A stretch of 64,000 nucleotides of DNA from Oopsacas minuta (GCA_024704765.1 JAKMXF010000188.1:615015-679014); one strand, 5' to 3'. Shown: positions 26,601 through 41,600, numbered from the stretch's first letter. The notes: generated by a model from the letters alone, not told the origin. Numbers and translations are program-made.

Positions 26601-29600
26601 ATACGGACCTTGTGGGACAATTTTTCACGAAATAGGGAAGATCCGGAGAGGGCCCCCTTTCTATGGAGTTAGGATAAAATACGCTATACCTGGACCAAAA
26701 ATGGCACTTTCATCAAATAAATGAATAATTTTAAGCTTAAGCAGCTGGACTACAAGTATAATAATGTGAATTGAGAATTTAAATAGGTATCTACGCCTAC
26801 ACATGGTACATGGATTATGAGATTTGTGAGGATAATGTGATTACGCCTAGAGATCCCAATGAACACTCCACGACACCTCTCTCTGATATAAATCAGGGTA
26901 GAATATTTCAACATTTTGATGACGGGACATATTACGTGACAGTTCAGGCACTGAACAAGGTGATACTTGGTGGATCTGGTGTTCTCACTGTCTGTCATTC
27001 TACACCTTATACTATTGATACATCTCCGCCAGTCATTAGCAGAGTCATTCTCATTTCATACAATTCTAACACAAATCTATCTATCTTCGTGTATCAAGCT
27101 TGGTAAGTATAATAGTGTAATATAATTGAAGCTTAACTGTCTGGCTTTACCAACGGGCCAAGCAAAAACTATTGTGTCGACAATTGATCCTGCAATAGCC
27201 GGACGGACCGAACTGAATCCTCCAGCCTTGGACTTGCAGATTGCTGAGTATCATTGTTTGTCCTTTTGAGGTATTGGAATACCAAGAATATTATTTCGGA
27301 TTACTTGTCCAATATTTTGTATGGCAATGAAAATTAGATTCATAGTAAAGTGTCAAATTTGTATCTATTTTTTACAAAATTTCATGTATACCCTCAAGAG
27401 TTGTGACATACAACTAGAGGTGAAATGTCCTTAAATTTGTTCAAATTATTTCGTCGTTTCTATTTACACTACGTATATGTTCATGATTTTATACCTTACT
27501 TCTCCTTGAGGGATGTTGAGTCAGGTTTGAAGGCTATTGAGTTGGGAGCAGGTCTTACACCTAATGACATTTCTATACTCCTTTGGACTCCAATATTCGT
27601 CAATCAGACAGCTACAATCACTTATCGTATTGATGTAGCAGATGGACAGAGGGCCTTCATTCGTATTAAAGCAACTAATAATGGTAATAATGGTATAGTA
27701 CTAATTAAATCAACATCCGGTTACTCGAATGCTCGTTAACTCGAACGAATATTCACTCCCCATTGTTGTATATTTAATACTTATCGCACCGTTAACTCGA
27801 ATGGATTTTGACTTCCCCTGAGGTTCGAGTTACCGAATGTTGACTGCATACAGTAATTATATTCTACATTTAGTTGATCTCGAAAGTGCCTCCTACGCTC
27901 CAGAACCGATCATTGTTGATCGTAGCCCTCCCATTCCAGGAGTCGTGCTTGACGGAGATGGGTTCGGATTATCAGACTTCAAATACCAATCTTCTGCCTC
28001 AAAGATTTGTGCAAAATGGAAAAACTTCTTTGATCCTCAATCAGGAGTCTCTGCTTATCGTTGGGGAGTAGGCACTGCTCCTGGGATGTCAAACATTGTA
28101 GCTTTTACAGAAGATCTTCCCTCTGACCAGAATGATATCTGTAGAGATGGTTTGACACTCCAACATAACACCACGTACTACTCAACTATAATAGCATTCA
28201 ATGCTGATACTCATCAGCCTAAAAACTCATCTGCTTCTTCCAATGGTGTCCTTGTAGATCTAACAAATCCAATTGGTGGCTATGTTCTTGATGGTCTAGA
28301 AATTACCAACACTATACACTACACTTCCAATCCTACCTTAGTGCAAGCAGTGTGGGGAAACTTCTCAGATCCGGAGTCTGGTATTTCTCAGTATAACGTT
28401 ACTATTTACGTTGCCAATGTATTGCAGTTTTTGCCAGCTACCAATCTTGAACCAGATCAAGAATGTCAGATTACATCTACCAACACAATAGTCCCTACAA
28501 GACAGCATTTTATACCCCCCAGTGATGTAAGTAATATCTATTATGCTGTAAACAGGGCCGTCGTGGGGTGGTTGGGGGTGTGTGTCAGGGTATATACTTG
28601 GATGCCGCTTCGTAATGGTGCAAACATGTTGTAGGCGCCTCTGTTCGAGCTATCGATGCGCATTGATGACACTTTCATTCATACGACGGTCTTGATGTTA
28701 GGTTATAATCTTAGTGGGTTAACTCATGGGCGTAAACGAGCAAATCGGGCCGCGATTTGACACCAAAAGACATTATTTTGAGTCTAAGAGTTGGAATCTG
28801 TTCAATGTTGAATGTTAGATATAATACAGCAAAAATTTCAAATTTAATTCCGAGTAGGCCTCTGGGCCGCCCGAACATTTTCGGGTGCCCGGGTCGTTTA
28901 CGACTAAGGGTTAACTATCAGTATACTGAAATGAATCGTAGAATACTTGTGTTTTCGTGTTTTTATCTTCAGAAGGATATAAATTGGATTAAATACCACC
29001 AATCTCGTCCGTAAAGAAATTTCTGCTCGATTTTATCTAATGTCTCCACACATAGGCTTGATAGAGCCATTTTGGGTGGGCGGCTGCCCACTCTGACTCG
29101 GGAGCTTAGTTGCGCTAATGTTTCCACAGACTTAAACATTTCAATACATATTTAGGTTGAGTTTAGGATAGCACAAGAATCATTGTCTGTTGGCTTAGAA
29201 CATCAAATCCACTACAAACACTTTCATTTCTCTCACGGTGAATACATAAGGACAAGAGTTACAGGACAGGATGGTGCCACAAGATTAACTGAAGTCACTA
29301 GTCAAGGTATATTATATTACCATATTTCCTTGAATAGTAGCCTGGTCGATTAGTAATTTCAACCCTCTTATGAGGGAAGTTATGATCTTTCTATACACGT
29401 AATGTCTTTATCATCATCCCTATGTAATACGAACCAACCGCTTGTAACTGTTTCCCTGGATTTTTAAAAAATTTTGGATTTCTAATATTTTTCAGAGGAT
29501 GCAGTGTTTATATGATTCGTACTAGTATTTAACTAATGAATTATGGCTTTTAGGTGTTTTAGTCGACTTAACACCACCTAAGATAGTCCAGCTCTACGAT

Positions 29601-32600
29601 GGTGCTAATTTCGGGATAGACGAGTCATACCAAACATCCATTACAGTACTACATGCATCTTGGATAATGGTGGACAAGGAATCTGGAATTTCAGAATATC
29701 AACTATCAATATATGCCAGGAGTCAAGGCTCAACCTCTAAATTCTATCCAGAGGATGCTCCCTACATTACTTTGCAGCCACAAGAAATTGGAGAATCAGG
29801 TATTCTTAACTGCTGGACTGGTAGAGACATTCCGTTGAGCATTGGTACACTCTATACTGTGAGAATTGTCCCAGTGAACCGAGCCAAACTCTCTACTATC
29901 TACACGTCAAACGGGATAATTCCAGACAATACACCACCTGTAATTGATTTTGTACACATTGGTACATATGGTGATGAGTCTGAAGAAATAACTCCTCAAG
30001 AAAATGCGGTAAGTAAGAAAAGTACTACATATTACGAGATTTGTCTCTGGCAGCAAACTGACCGTCCGAACTGTAGTAAAGATCGGGTTAACTGGCATAA
30101 CTTTAATATTACGTACTTCTAGGTTGAGATTGGTAACTCTGGTAAAATTCCAGTACAGTGGTCAGCAAGCGATTCTCAAAGCGGGATTATTGGATTTGTA
30201 GCAGCAATAGGAACCAGTCCTGAAGGAATTGACACATCAGACTACACAGAATACTCTGCTTCAATCAATGTTGGTATACCTGTACAGCTACAATTGTTCG
30301 AAGTTACTGGAAACTACTACTATGTGACAGTGCGAGCTAAGAACGGAGCAGGGCTTCTCTCCGAACCAACAGTATCCAGTAAAATTAAGGTTCTACGAGC
30401 AAATGTAGCTGGGGTAGTGACTGTAGGACACTCTGGTATCGGAATAGATGGAGGATTCCAAGCAGAAAGTGACACAATAACTCTGAAATTTGATGGTTTT
30501 TCTAGTGAATTGTGTGGCATACAATATTTTGAGTGGTCTATAGGGACAAGTTTCGCGGGCGATCAAATTCAGGAATTTACCACTGCTGGACTTGTAATGG
30601 GAGAAGATGGGTCAGGAGTGTCACAGGCACTTGTACCATTGCATTTAGGGAGATTAACGTATACTGAAGTGAGAGCAATAACAGCATGTTCCTCTGGAGA
30701 TGGACAAGCAACTATCAATAGTTTTGGACAAGGTTAGATCTATTACAGTTACAAATAATACTCTCTTGAATCTTGATATTTTGCGAGCATACACGATTCA
30801 ACATTATTGAATGGTATTAGACAAATTCCACGGTAAAAGTATACAGGATTGAAATAAATTCAATAATACATATTGCACAGCTTTATTGCATCATATATGT
30901 TTGGTATTAGAGTTAGAATGTGCTAATTTGTAATTGCATTAGACTCGAGCTACAAATATACATAATTTATGAAACGCTCTATTCGCACTATTTTACGATT
31001 TAGTATAGCAATGAAAATATATTAAGAGATCTATTTTTTGTTACAATAATATCTTAATTAAATGTACATTGCTGTTAGCGAGTAGATACAAGTACAGTAA
31101 AATTTGGATATTACAGGACATAGAATACTATATCATACAGATAGGAAAGTAGACAAGTAACGAATAAATAGAATGGTCATGTGAATAAATCTCATAAAAG
31201 TTAAATTAAGCCTTCAAAGTTTGTGAACTGAACTTTTCAAGGTAGAAAGATGTAAGGAATCAGTTAAGACTACTAAAAAGACATTAATTAATCGATATAC
31301 AAGAATTTCAAAAGTAAAAAATTCAATTTTTGATGAGCATTTATGTGAATGTTGATGATGTCATGATTTGAATGCGCCTAAACGAGGATGAAGGATGGCC
31401 GTTAGAACCTTTTGAGAAGTCTTAACTGATTCTTTACATTTTCAAGTCACAAACTTTGGAGGCTTGATTGAACTTTTATGAGATTTATAAAAGTAGCCTC
31501 TCTTTTATATTCGTTGCTCGGTTACTTTCCTATCTGTGTTATGTAGTAGTCTATTTATGGGATAATCCAAGGAGTTGTGGTCTCCGATTGAATGGACAAT
31601 TATTGACAGGTTGCATTATATTATATTACTTGTAATTGTTTCTAGCAATACTGGTGGACTGGACTAAACCTAATCTGATACTAACAGAGTTAGGACAGCA
31701 AATTGATGGAGTAACTTATAAGTATCCTCAATCTGATGACAAGATATATCAATACGACCCATCTACACTTGTAGCTAGATGGAGTGCTACAGATCCTCAA
31801 AGTGGTATTAACAACATACAATATCACGTGGGCACTTATCCCTATACTGCTAATATACAGCTGCCAAAACTTACTCGTGGAACTAGTCTAGCCTCAAATG
31901 ATGTGGAACCAGAAAACACAGGAGAGCCGAACATACTCCATCTCATAGCATTCAACAAGGCAGGTGTATCCACATTCCTTATCGCCCCTGGTATCACTAT
32001 AGATACACTTATCCCCAATACTGACCAATTACGATTCACATGTACCCAGTACGCTGTCACCACCACTAGTTCATTGGTATGTAATTGGTATGGAGCATTT
32101 GATGAATACAGTGAGGTCAATGGCTATGAAATAATGTTGGGAGAGGAGGAAATAGATACAACCTTCTATTACGAATACTTGGATAGAAATGCCATTACGG
32201 TGACCATCAGGAATTTCACCAAACCACTAGAAGTAGGTGATCAGGTGTACACACTGAATGTTATTAACAGTGTACGACTGAGTAATCATGCGTTTGCTCC
32301 TTTAACAATTGATGATTCTCCTCCCATTCCTCAGTCTGTATTCGTATTGACTGATCAAACACAAGTTGCCTTCTTTCCTACTGGTGAAGTTAACTCTACG
32401 TTCAATTACGAGAATGCAACGTCATCTGGAGTTCAGTGTAAGATTATCGTCACAGATATTCATATTAGATGGGAGGATTTCGTTGACCACGAGACTCCTA
32501 TGGATTTTTATGAGATTGGGATTGGAGAAAAGCGAGGACAAATGAACATTGTGAGCTTCTTCAACGTGGGTTTAGTGAACGAGTACTTTATTGAAGGGTT

Positions 32601-35600
32601 AGACCTGACGCGTTATAAAGTCATATATGCAATTATTCGAGGAACCAATCGAGTCGGCCTGATCCAAGCGGCGAATTCCAATCCTATCTATTTGTCGTTA
32701 CGATACCCCGATCCTGGATACGTGTATGACGGCTCTGAATTCCAAGACTTAGAGGCTCAGGCTGGTATCACCTTTCTAGAAGGTTATTGGAATTTCAATG
32801 ACCCTTGCCCTGCAGTGCACTATGACTGGGCAATATTCTATATGAACCAAACAACCATTCAGAACTTTACACGTGTTGAAACTAGCCACTCCTCGAACGA
32901 TAACCTTGCAATGCAACAAGATACCAAGGTTTATATCAGCGTAACAGTTTACAGTTCTATTGGTTATGTGAGATCTTCTCGGTCTAATGGTATCACTATT
33001 CAAGTTGATCCTCTTATCCCAGGAGTAGTGTATGATGGTCCTGTCCCTGGATATGATTTTGACAGTCAAGCATCCTTGACTTCCATAATTGCCAATTGGA
33101 ATTCATTTGGAGGTACTGATCCAGAGAGACTCTCAGAAATGGTTATTCAATATGAAATAGCAGTAGGGACGGGGTGGAGAGGTGAGGACAGATTCAACGT
33201 TGTGGAGTATGAGAATATGTATCTGAACACTTCTGCAACGCTAAGAGGACTTGAACTGCAAAGAAATACCTCTTATTACGTCACAATTAGAGGTACAAGT
33301 GGCACCTTCCAACAGGCAGAGGCAACTTCTAATGGAATACAACCGATAGAATTCAATAATATTGCTGAACCAGGTTCTGTAGAGATCCCTTCATTCCAAT
33401 CTGCCACAACACTGCTTGACATCACTTGGAAAGATTTCACCTCATTACTTCCTATTGCATTCTATGAATACGCAATCAGTACTGATGGAAATCTCGCCGA
33501 GTTTTCTTGTGAGACTGTGGAGAACGCTGCTGACCCTCTCGACGAGTACTTCACTGTTAGACAGTACACTAGAGCTGTATTACAAGCTTCAGTGGTTGCG
33601 GATAATTTGCATCTAGTAGGAGCTACCAAATACTACGCTTATGTGCGTGCAATTGATAATTCATTTCAGTGTACAGCTGCTGTCTCCCATCCAATAGTTA
33701 TAGACACTACACCGCCTATTCAGGGCAAATTCAATATAGGATTCAATGTTACTAGTGTACGACCTGAATTAACTGAAACTCAGATCTATTATATAACCGG
33801 AAATGATACTCTAGCTGTTCATTGGGAAGGTTTCTTCGATCCAGAGAGTTATATATCCAACTACCAGATCGCAATCATTGAACAAGATAACTGCAATATT
33901 CACAATTGTGATGAGATAAGTGATTTGACAGAATTTACTACGATTAACAATGTGAACAATTATACATTCTATGTCATCCAACTTGTGACAAGTAAATTCT
34001 ACTTTGTGGCTTTACGTTCTATCAACCAAGCAGCACTCACATCATGTAGCGTGTCACAGCCTATCAAACTGGTAAAATACTCTCTCAATCCAGCAGTAGT
34101 TAAGTACGGAACAATCTGGAAATTTTCTCCTCCTTACCAAGGGAGTACCTCTAGGGTTGAAGGTGTTCTAGCTCTTGTGAGGACAAAGCATGATGCTGTG
34201 TGTATGGAACGTATGTATAATCAAAGTTCCACGACAGAAGATTGGGACACAATCACTCAGTCAATCACTTCTACAATCCCAGTAGGACCTAGCAATCCAA
34301 CAGGCAGAACTCTAATGTATCACCCTCAACAGATAGAATTCACTACTGACAGTGCATTTTTAAAGGTCAGCATGACGCGAGACATCCAACGTGAGAGGAT
34401 GCTCTCTGGTGCTGCTGTCACACAGATGTCAGTAGTAGACCTGAATGAAATGAGTGTTAGCATCAAGGCTGCCCCTGAATTCCAGGCCGTCACTTCTGTG
34501 TTATTCTGGGACGGACCTGCTTCAATGGTTCAGGAATATGAGATGCTTTATGAACTGGAAAACGTCACACAAACTAACTTCGGCCAAAATCTACCAACAC
34601 AAACACCCAGTACATGTCAATACATGCCTCCTCCCAACCCCAACCCAGTACCCTACAAAGCGTTTGGTCTCCAACTACACCCCTCTTACAATTCCAGCCC
34701 TGCGAGAGCTTTATTCTGGTACAGAGGTCAGACTCCTGAAGACACTGGGTACACATGGATAGATCTAGACTATGATCCTAGTGCTGCCTTCTACACGTAT
34801 GACTTTAAACTCTACAGAACCAGTTCAACTACTCCTAGTACAGCTACACTTGGCACCTGGACTGTGGATTTAGTGGTAGACGGCCAGTTCTTAGGCAATC
34901 TTGTTGATCTGCCTCAACTGAGATCTAGTATCTACCTTGTATTACATGTCCGGAACTTTAACGGAGGAGTAGAGTCGTTCTCAAATCCCTTCTTTCCTCC
35001 TACTACCTCGGCCTATTTCACTGATGTCAATCTTCCAGCTGATAGCAGTCGGGTTTGCAAATTTGGAGCACCATTCTATAGCCCAAAGGCACCATTTGTG
35101 AAGTTTGAGGTTGGAGTAGGACGAGAGTATGGTTCTACTGAGGTATCTCTTGCAGCGGGTCGAGAATATCAGTCTATACCCTCACCATGTATTCCTTGTG
35201 TTGAAGGCTGCAACAACTCACTACCCAATCTGTGTAACTCTACATGCAATTCCAACGTCTACTATATACAGTTTGTAGCCAGTGGGCTCAGTTTGCAATC
35301 AGGTTGTACTCATCCGTTTAACCTTACTAACGTGACATGTACTCCCTACAACTATACTGACACAGGTATTCCAGAGGATCAACTATACCAATACAATATC
35401 ACATTTGTACCATATGTGTACTATATGAAGGTGAGAGGATACACGGCTACAGGAGAGATAGCTTACGGCTACTCAGATGGTATTCAGCTAGATACAACAC
35501 CTCCTAACTGTACACTTATACAACATGTACAAAGAGATCTGAGAAGTGATCAGTTAATACAAACGAGTGCTCAGGATAGTGACAATTCACTGGCTGTGGA

Positions 35601-38600
35601 ATATCAGTGTGAAGACACCAAAAGTGACATATATGACTATGAAATAGCTTACTCGGATAATGTAACTGATATTGATTCTCTCCAATTCACTTCAGTGGGC
35701 ACAATCAAAACCGCGAATATAACCAATCTCGAGCTGATACCACAACTCAAGTACTATGTGATTGTTAGAGCCATCAATGGTGCTGGTTTGAGTACAATAC
35801 TGGTAAGTCAGGGAGTGAGGATTATGAACCAGGAGCCGGACATTTCTAAATCTGTCATAGAACCTTTGTATTCAACAAAGATCGATACAATAATTCCAAA
35901 TACTTTCCTATCTACACAACTTACTTCTCTCGGTTTGCATTGGACTGGTTTCTATCCTACTCATTATGAAGATAATTACCTTGTAAAGAATCAAACTATT
36001 TTCTGGAAAGTAGGCACAGAACCTTACAAGGATGACATCATGCCCATTTTCGAGATAACATTCGGCAATGCTTCCTCCATTCGTATTGAAGGATCTCAAT
36101 TAATTGGTAATGGTAACTCAAACGATCAAGTTATTGCAAATACTCCTGATATAATAATGTTGGCGAATAAATCAGCAGGTATTTATACCGGGAGTGAAAA
36201 TATCTTACAAGCAGAACCTGGAATGATTTTGTATCAAACTCTCGTACTCTGTGCTATTCAACCTAAATGCAAAGATGCTGGCACACCATCAGTTACTTAT
36301 TATAGAGATACTACTGATACATATGCTGTGTACCAACGTAATAGTGAATATTACCTTTCTATTGAGGAAGGCTTTGCTGAATATTCTTCTGGATTTTCTG
36401 GCCAATTCATCCCTCAACTAATCTATCCAACCAACTGTAAAGTTTACTTCTCTGAAGACCTGCAAGATTTATCTGGATTTGTCATTGGACCCCTCTCACT
36501 CAGTGATATGAAGGTTAATTATGACATCCTCTCTGTCCCTTTCAGCTCTCCGTATACGCGTTACATTGTGGATCCTGGCTCCACCCTCACCCAAGTGGAC
36601 AGATTTCTCTTCACCCGTATACAAGAGTTCCACGGTCCCTCTTTCTACATAAGTCCTATAGGCGGAGTTAACTTCCCTTCTTGGTTGAAGATTGAAATAA
36701 AATTTAATGCATCTCGAATTGTTGAAACAAATCAACCATTTCTTGTTGGTTGGAACCCTGAGCAACAGCAATGGGTATCTTCTCGTAGCAGTTGTAACTT
36801 CGATAAAGAGGATACTATAACTGGTGATACACTGACAACGTATTTCTGTCCTTGTCTGCTATCTAATGAGGTTTGTTTTTCTAATAAATATAATTGTTGG
36901 TTGTCTGTTTGTCAGTTGTCAAGGACAGGGTTTATGGTATGTTAGTCAAGATCAGATTTTTGCATTTTCAAATAAATTGTGCCATACGTAAATATATTGT
37001 TACTGTATTAATTAATGATATGAATATGGTGCAAACAATATCGCAATTCCTCAAACTTTACTAAGAGACTTTAAATTATGGGTTACATTGGGGTAACAAG
37101 GTACGCTGGATCAAATTTTTAGTGCAGCTCCTATAGGGAGATGCCCTAATGGCATGGACGATGTACGGAGGCAGTGCGAAATCTAGCGGTCCCATTAAAT
37201 GAAAATTAGTGTACATATAGATACATTTGGATCGGATATTTTGCCCTTTTGGGGATGAACTTTTCTAAAGTGATTTTTTCCCATCTTTTTGGTGATTAAT
37301 CATATTTTCACACCTTTTTACACATATAGTAGTCTCATTAATACGAACACGGTTAAGACATAAATCCAGTTAAGGAGTACGAATTTAGCAGTCCCCTGGT
37401 GAAAGTATTAACAAGACTCTACTGTATTTCAAAATGATGCTAGAACTTTCGTTTCAACTTCCAGTTAGGGGTACAATACATCCTCACTAATCCAGACAGC
37501 ACTGTTCCTATTACTAGATTAGCGAAATGCTCGGAAACGATACTATAGGATATAGGGGACATTTTTTCGAAAGTTATACAAACGATGAAGGCTGCAAACA
37601 TGTGTAATATAACAATATGTATTTGTCCACACTACAATTGGATACAATTAGTTATTTTTGAACATTTTAAGACATTTTCCAGGAGATAAATAATTATCCC
37701 TTCGGATCTATTCGGATTAATGATGATTCGGCTTAACGAGAGTCTACTGTAAGAGAGCATGTTTTTTCTATTATGATATTTTCATGTTCATACTTTTAGC
37801 ATATTACTAAAAATAATGCTAGAAATTCGTTTGAACGGGTAGTTAGGTGTTCAAACGAATTTATAGCATCATTTTTGAGTAATATGCTATATTGAAATCC
37901 AATTTTGATTTTTTCAAATCTCAATCTACACGATTTATCATACAATTAGTCTTATTTCTACCAATTTACAACAAATATTTTGTATTGGGTAGGGATGTGA
38001 CAAGGGCGGCGGAAGGTGTTAGGTGGCGGTCAGGCTTGATCTATATTAAAGTGGTCAGGCCCGTGCCATAGAATTGAGTAGGACAAGGCAAAAGTAGTCA
38101 ATACAATATCTATTATTCATTTATTGTTGTTTTTATGGACTCTTACTCAGAAGTATTACAATATTAGCATGATTCCGGTTGCGTCACCTATACCGAGATT
38201 CGGTCTAATCAATTTTGTCGTTCGCTAATGTTAGTCAATTCAAATTTCATAAAAGTATTTATACTTTGCATATACGTATTATGCTATACGCATTAATACT
38301 TGTACAGCGGAAACCCCTATTAGAAATTCGTCTAATAGCAAAATCCGCCTATTAACAAATTTTTCATGGACAAAGAGTCCAGTTTTGTATCGTAATTAGT
38401 ATGTATAATAGCTAAATTCGGGTATTAGTTGGAAAATTCTTGCAAAATTCGATTGCTATTAGGTGATTGCAATTGTATGTAATATGTATCCAATATTCTA
38501 TAGCGTTGTAACAAGCCCTGGCAGTTTATATTAGTAGTGGGGAGTGCTACATTTGATGATACTCCTCCCATACCAGATCAAGTCCCGTGTATCAGCATTG

Positions 38601-41600
38601 GAGAAGGTTCGGTAACCATTCAGCATCTCATCACCTACACAGACATAGAACATGACACTGTGAATATCAGTCTGACATCTGTCACATTCACACGAGCTTC
38701 TTCTGAGTACTCTCTTGCTGAAGATGGGACAAGTTTATTGAATGCTGAAATAAATGGAAACATATTTTACTTCACTCCTTGTAGTGGTTGTTATGGCAAC
38801 CTATCCGTGCAGTACTCACTAACAGAGACAGGTAATCCAATGTATATGTTGCTTGTACAGGAATATATACCTCGAACGATCTGTATCACTTTTGTCTATT
38901 AGCTAAATTAAATATATTTCAGAGTTGGAAAAAATCAAACAAAATCAGATTATTTCGAGTGGGTTTACACACCCTTATTTTGCCAATTATTTAAACCAAT
39001 CTACAGTAAACTCTCGTTGTACTGAAGTGCTGGGAGCCTCGGTTTCATTTCATTATGATCGGAGTTTGTTGTAACCTGAGTACGTTAATGCACAATTGTT
39101 TGTAAAATAATGTCAATAATAGCGGAAGTCTTTTATCTAAGTTCGTTAAATCCGGAGTTTATGTAATAAAATATCAATTTGAGCGGTATTAGTTCAACTG
39201 GGGTTGTTATCAGCGGATTTCGTTATAACGAGATGAAATTCAATAGCTTTTGACATAAAGGGGATAACAAATAACTTGGTTATAAGCAGAATTTCGTTGT
39301 ATCCTTCCATGTATTTGTTATAAACGAAGTTTTATAATGTAATTAGATGGAAGGATTTAGGACCATTAGACCACTTCGTGATAACGGGAGTTTACTGTAT
39401 ATTATCAAATTGCCATTTTTGCCTGTTTGTTTGTTTGTCTATTTGTCCGTTGTCAAAGAAAGGATTTATGGAATGTTGTATCGAATTCGAATTTCTCAAT
39501 ATGAGATGTTGCATAACTATGTATTTATCGTTTATACCAAAAGTAAACAGAATTCAATATAACTTAACTAAATAAATCGAATGTGCTGAATCTGATTTCC
39601 ACACTTTTGAATTAGTCATATGTAAATTTATTGTTATTTTATGAATAGAAAGAAAATAATTTCTTGAGATGCCACAATAATAGTAGAGACTTGCTCTTAA
39701 CTGCTACAATGGCTTAACAAAGTACGCTGAATCCGAATTTCGCATTTTCAAGTTTTCATATTTGTGATCTAGGAAATTCTTTGATTCTATATACATATAT
39801 TCCCATCAGGTACTCCTTCATTACTTGGCACTCCATTGTATGCAGATAATGAATTCCTCATCGAGATACTATCAGTTAATGAAAATCCTAAACTAATGAT
39901 AGACCAGGAAAATGTCAATTCCCTCATTACTCTATACAGGACAGATAATACCTCAGTAGTTACCCTACAACTCACAGGATATAGTTATGATGTGGATGAT
40001 GGAGATTATGTGTATTTCAGGTAAGATAATTCAGCATTTGAAATATGAAATCAAATTAATATTGCATACCAGAATGAGTATTGTCATTTAATACTTCCTC
40101 AGGTATCTAAACTGTTCATACTGTAAACTAGTAGTGAGCGAGATTTCTCCCTCTTCCAACCCAAACATATCTGCTCAATACACAACTTCAAGTAGAAATT
40201 TCTCTCTTAACTACACAGCTCTAGCGTACTACTATGGGACAGACCAATTTGGAATTGTATCATTGGACAGATTTGGTGCATTCTCTCTAGCTTACATTAT
40301 AGTAATCTCTATAAGATTTAAACCCTGTCTTAATGACGCAACTTGTAAGGTATGTGAGGGAGGCATCGAATTGTAGTATTTGAATATTTGCTGAGTGTAA
40401 AGAACTGTGAAATTAGAATTTAGAAAATCATGTTGTATCTTCATAAAATTTTCTTTTCATTTAGGGCCCAAATAATGATCCTGATTGTAGCAAAATTATT
40501 GAAATCGAAGACTTCTCCAGTGAGTATTCATGTGAGTGTACGGAAGAATGGGCACTGAGGAGATGTGATAAACCCAATCTCTGTCTCTCTCAGCCCTGTC
40601 ACTATAACGCCACCTGTCAGATTAAAGAGAATGGAGATTATGAGTGTTTATGTGAACCTGGATGGCGTTGTTCTCAGATCTTAACTCCAGGAGAAATATC
40701 TGCTGTCGTATTATCAATTGTGATTATTCTGCTAATTATAGCAGTTGTGAGTCTTATAGTGTGCGTCTATCTTATGCAGAAAAGGAAGGGAGTGTACAAT
40801 ATCGGGATTGCGTAAGTACTTAAACAGTAATTACATTATCTTCATAGACAGTATATATGTCTATGAAAATAATGTAATTACATAATTTATCACATGATTA
40901 TTTATATTTACTGTGCCGACTATACTTTAGTATAGTCAGCACAGTATTGAAATGGTTCCCTTTTTGTATTGCTTTTAGTATAGCATTTTTGCTGAAAATA
41001 AATGAAAATATTCATTATATAGCATTATGTCATCGGTAATAATTCAATTGTTCTTAGATGTTAAATCTAAATTTAACGGTAGCTTTAATTATTTATATTA
41101 TATTTATGAATAAAATATTTTTAAAATTAACCATGGATAATTTATAAACATGTATTTCTCCGATTATATAACCTTGGAATAATCGTAGGAGATTGTTCTA
41201 AACAGCAAAAGGGGGTAATTCAATACGCTGATTCCGAATCTGACACTCTTGAATTTGTACCGATCAAATCTTCTCCAGTATTCCCTTCTATTAATATTAT
41301 TTAGTCAACTGATAATTATTGCAAACAAATTGAACATTATATGAATTGGATATTCATAGTAAATTGTAAATATATTGTATGGTGGATTTCCCCCCGCGAA
41401 AAGAACAAAAAAATTACAACCTGTGCAGACAGCTTAGTCTATTAAATTCAATTTGTTTAAAAAGTGGCACTATTAATTGAAGGCACCAAGTGTAATGAGA
41501 TTAAACCTAACCTTTCATAGTGCCTCCAATTAATAGTGCCACTTTTTAAACAGATTGAATTTAATAGACTAAGTGGCACTTGGCGTCCGATTTGATTAGT

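Larger units (their letters stand above)
38504..40349 (+). other. Two cadherin-like/Big_9-type Ig repeats (exons 16-18)
   Basis: DTPP...TYTDIEHDTV...FYFTPCSGCYGNLSVQY...ILSVNENP, then YDVDDGD...YTALAYYYGTDQF...DRFGAFS. Confidence 0.55.

Noticed and set aside
28553-28694. hAT-like MITE (CAGGGCCGTCGT / ACGACGGTCTTG)
   Set aside because: The TIR is imperfect and the flanks do not match, so it is too weak to list as a feature.
29056-29155. Possible extra exon (SHFGWAAAHSDSG or LDRAILGGRLP frames) before exon 12
   Set aside because: No phase-compatible acceptor and GT donor pair without a stop. The model closes in frame without it.
19547-36945. Treating the 1640-aa and 1769-aa ORFs as separate, possibly prokaryote-like, genes
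   Set aside because: Neither has its own signal peptide or a convincing start. Both are bounded by splice sites whose phases link them through exons 9-14.
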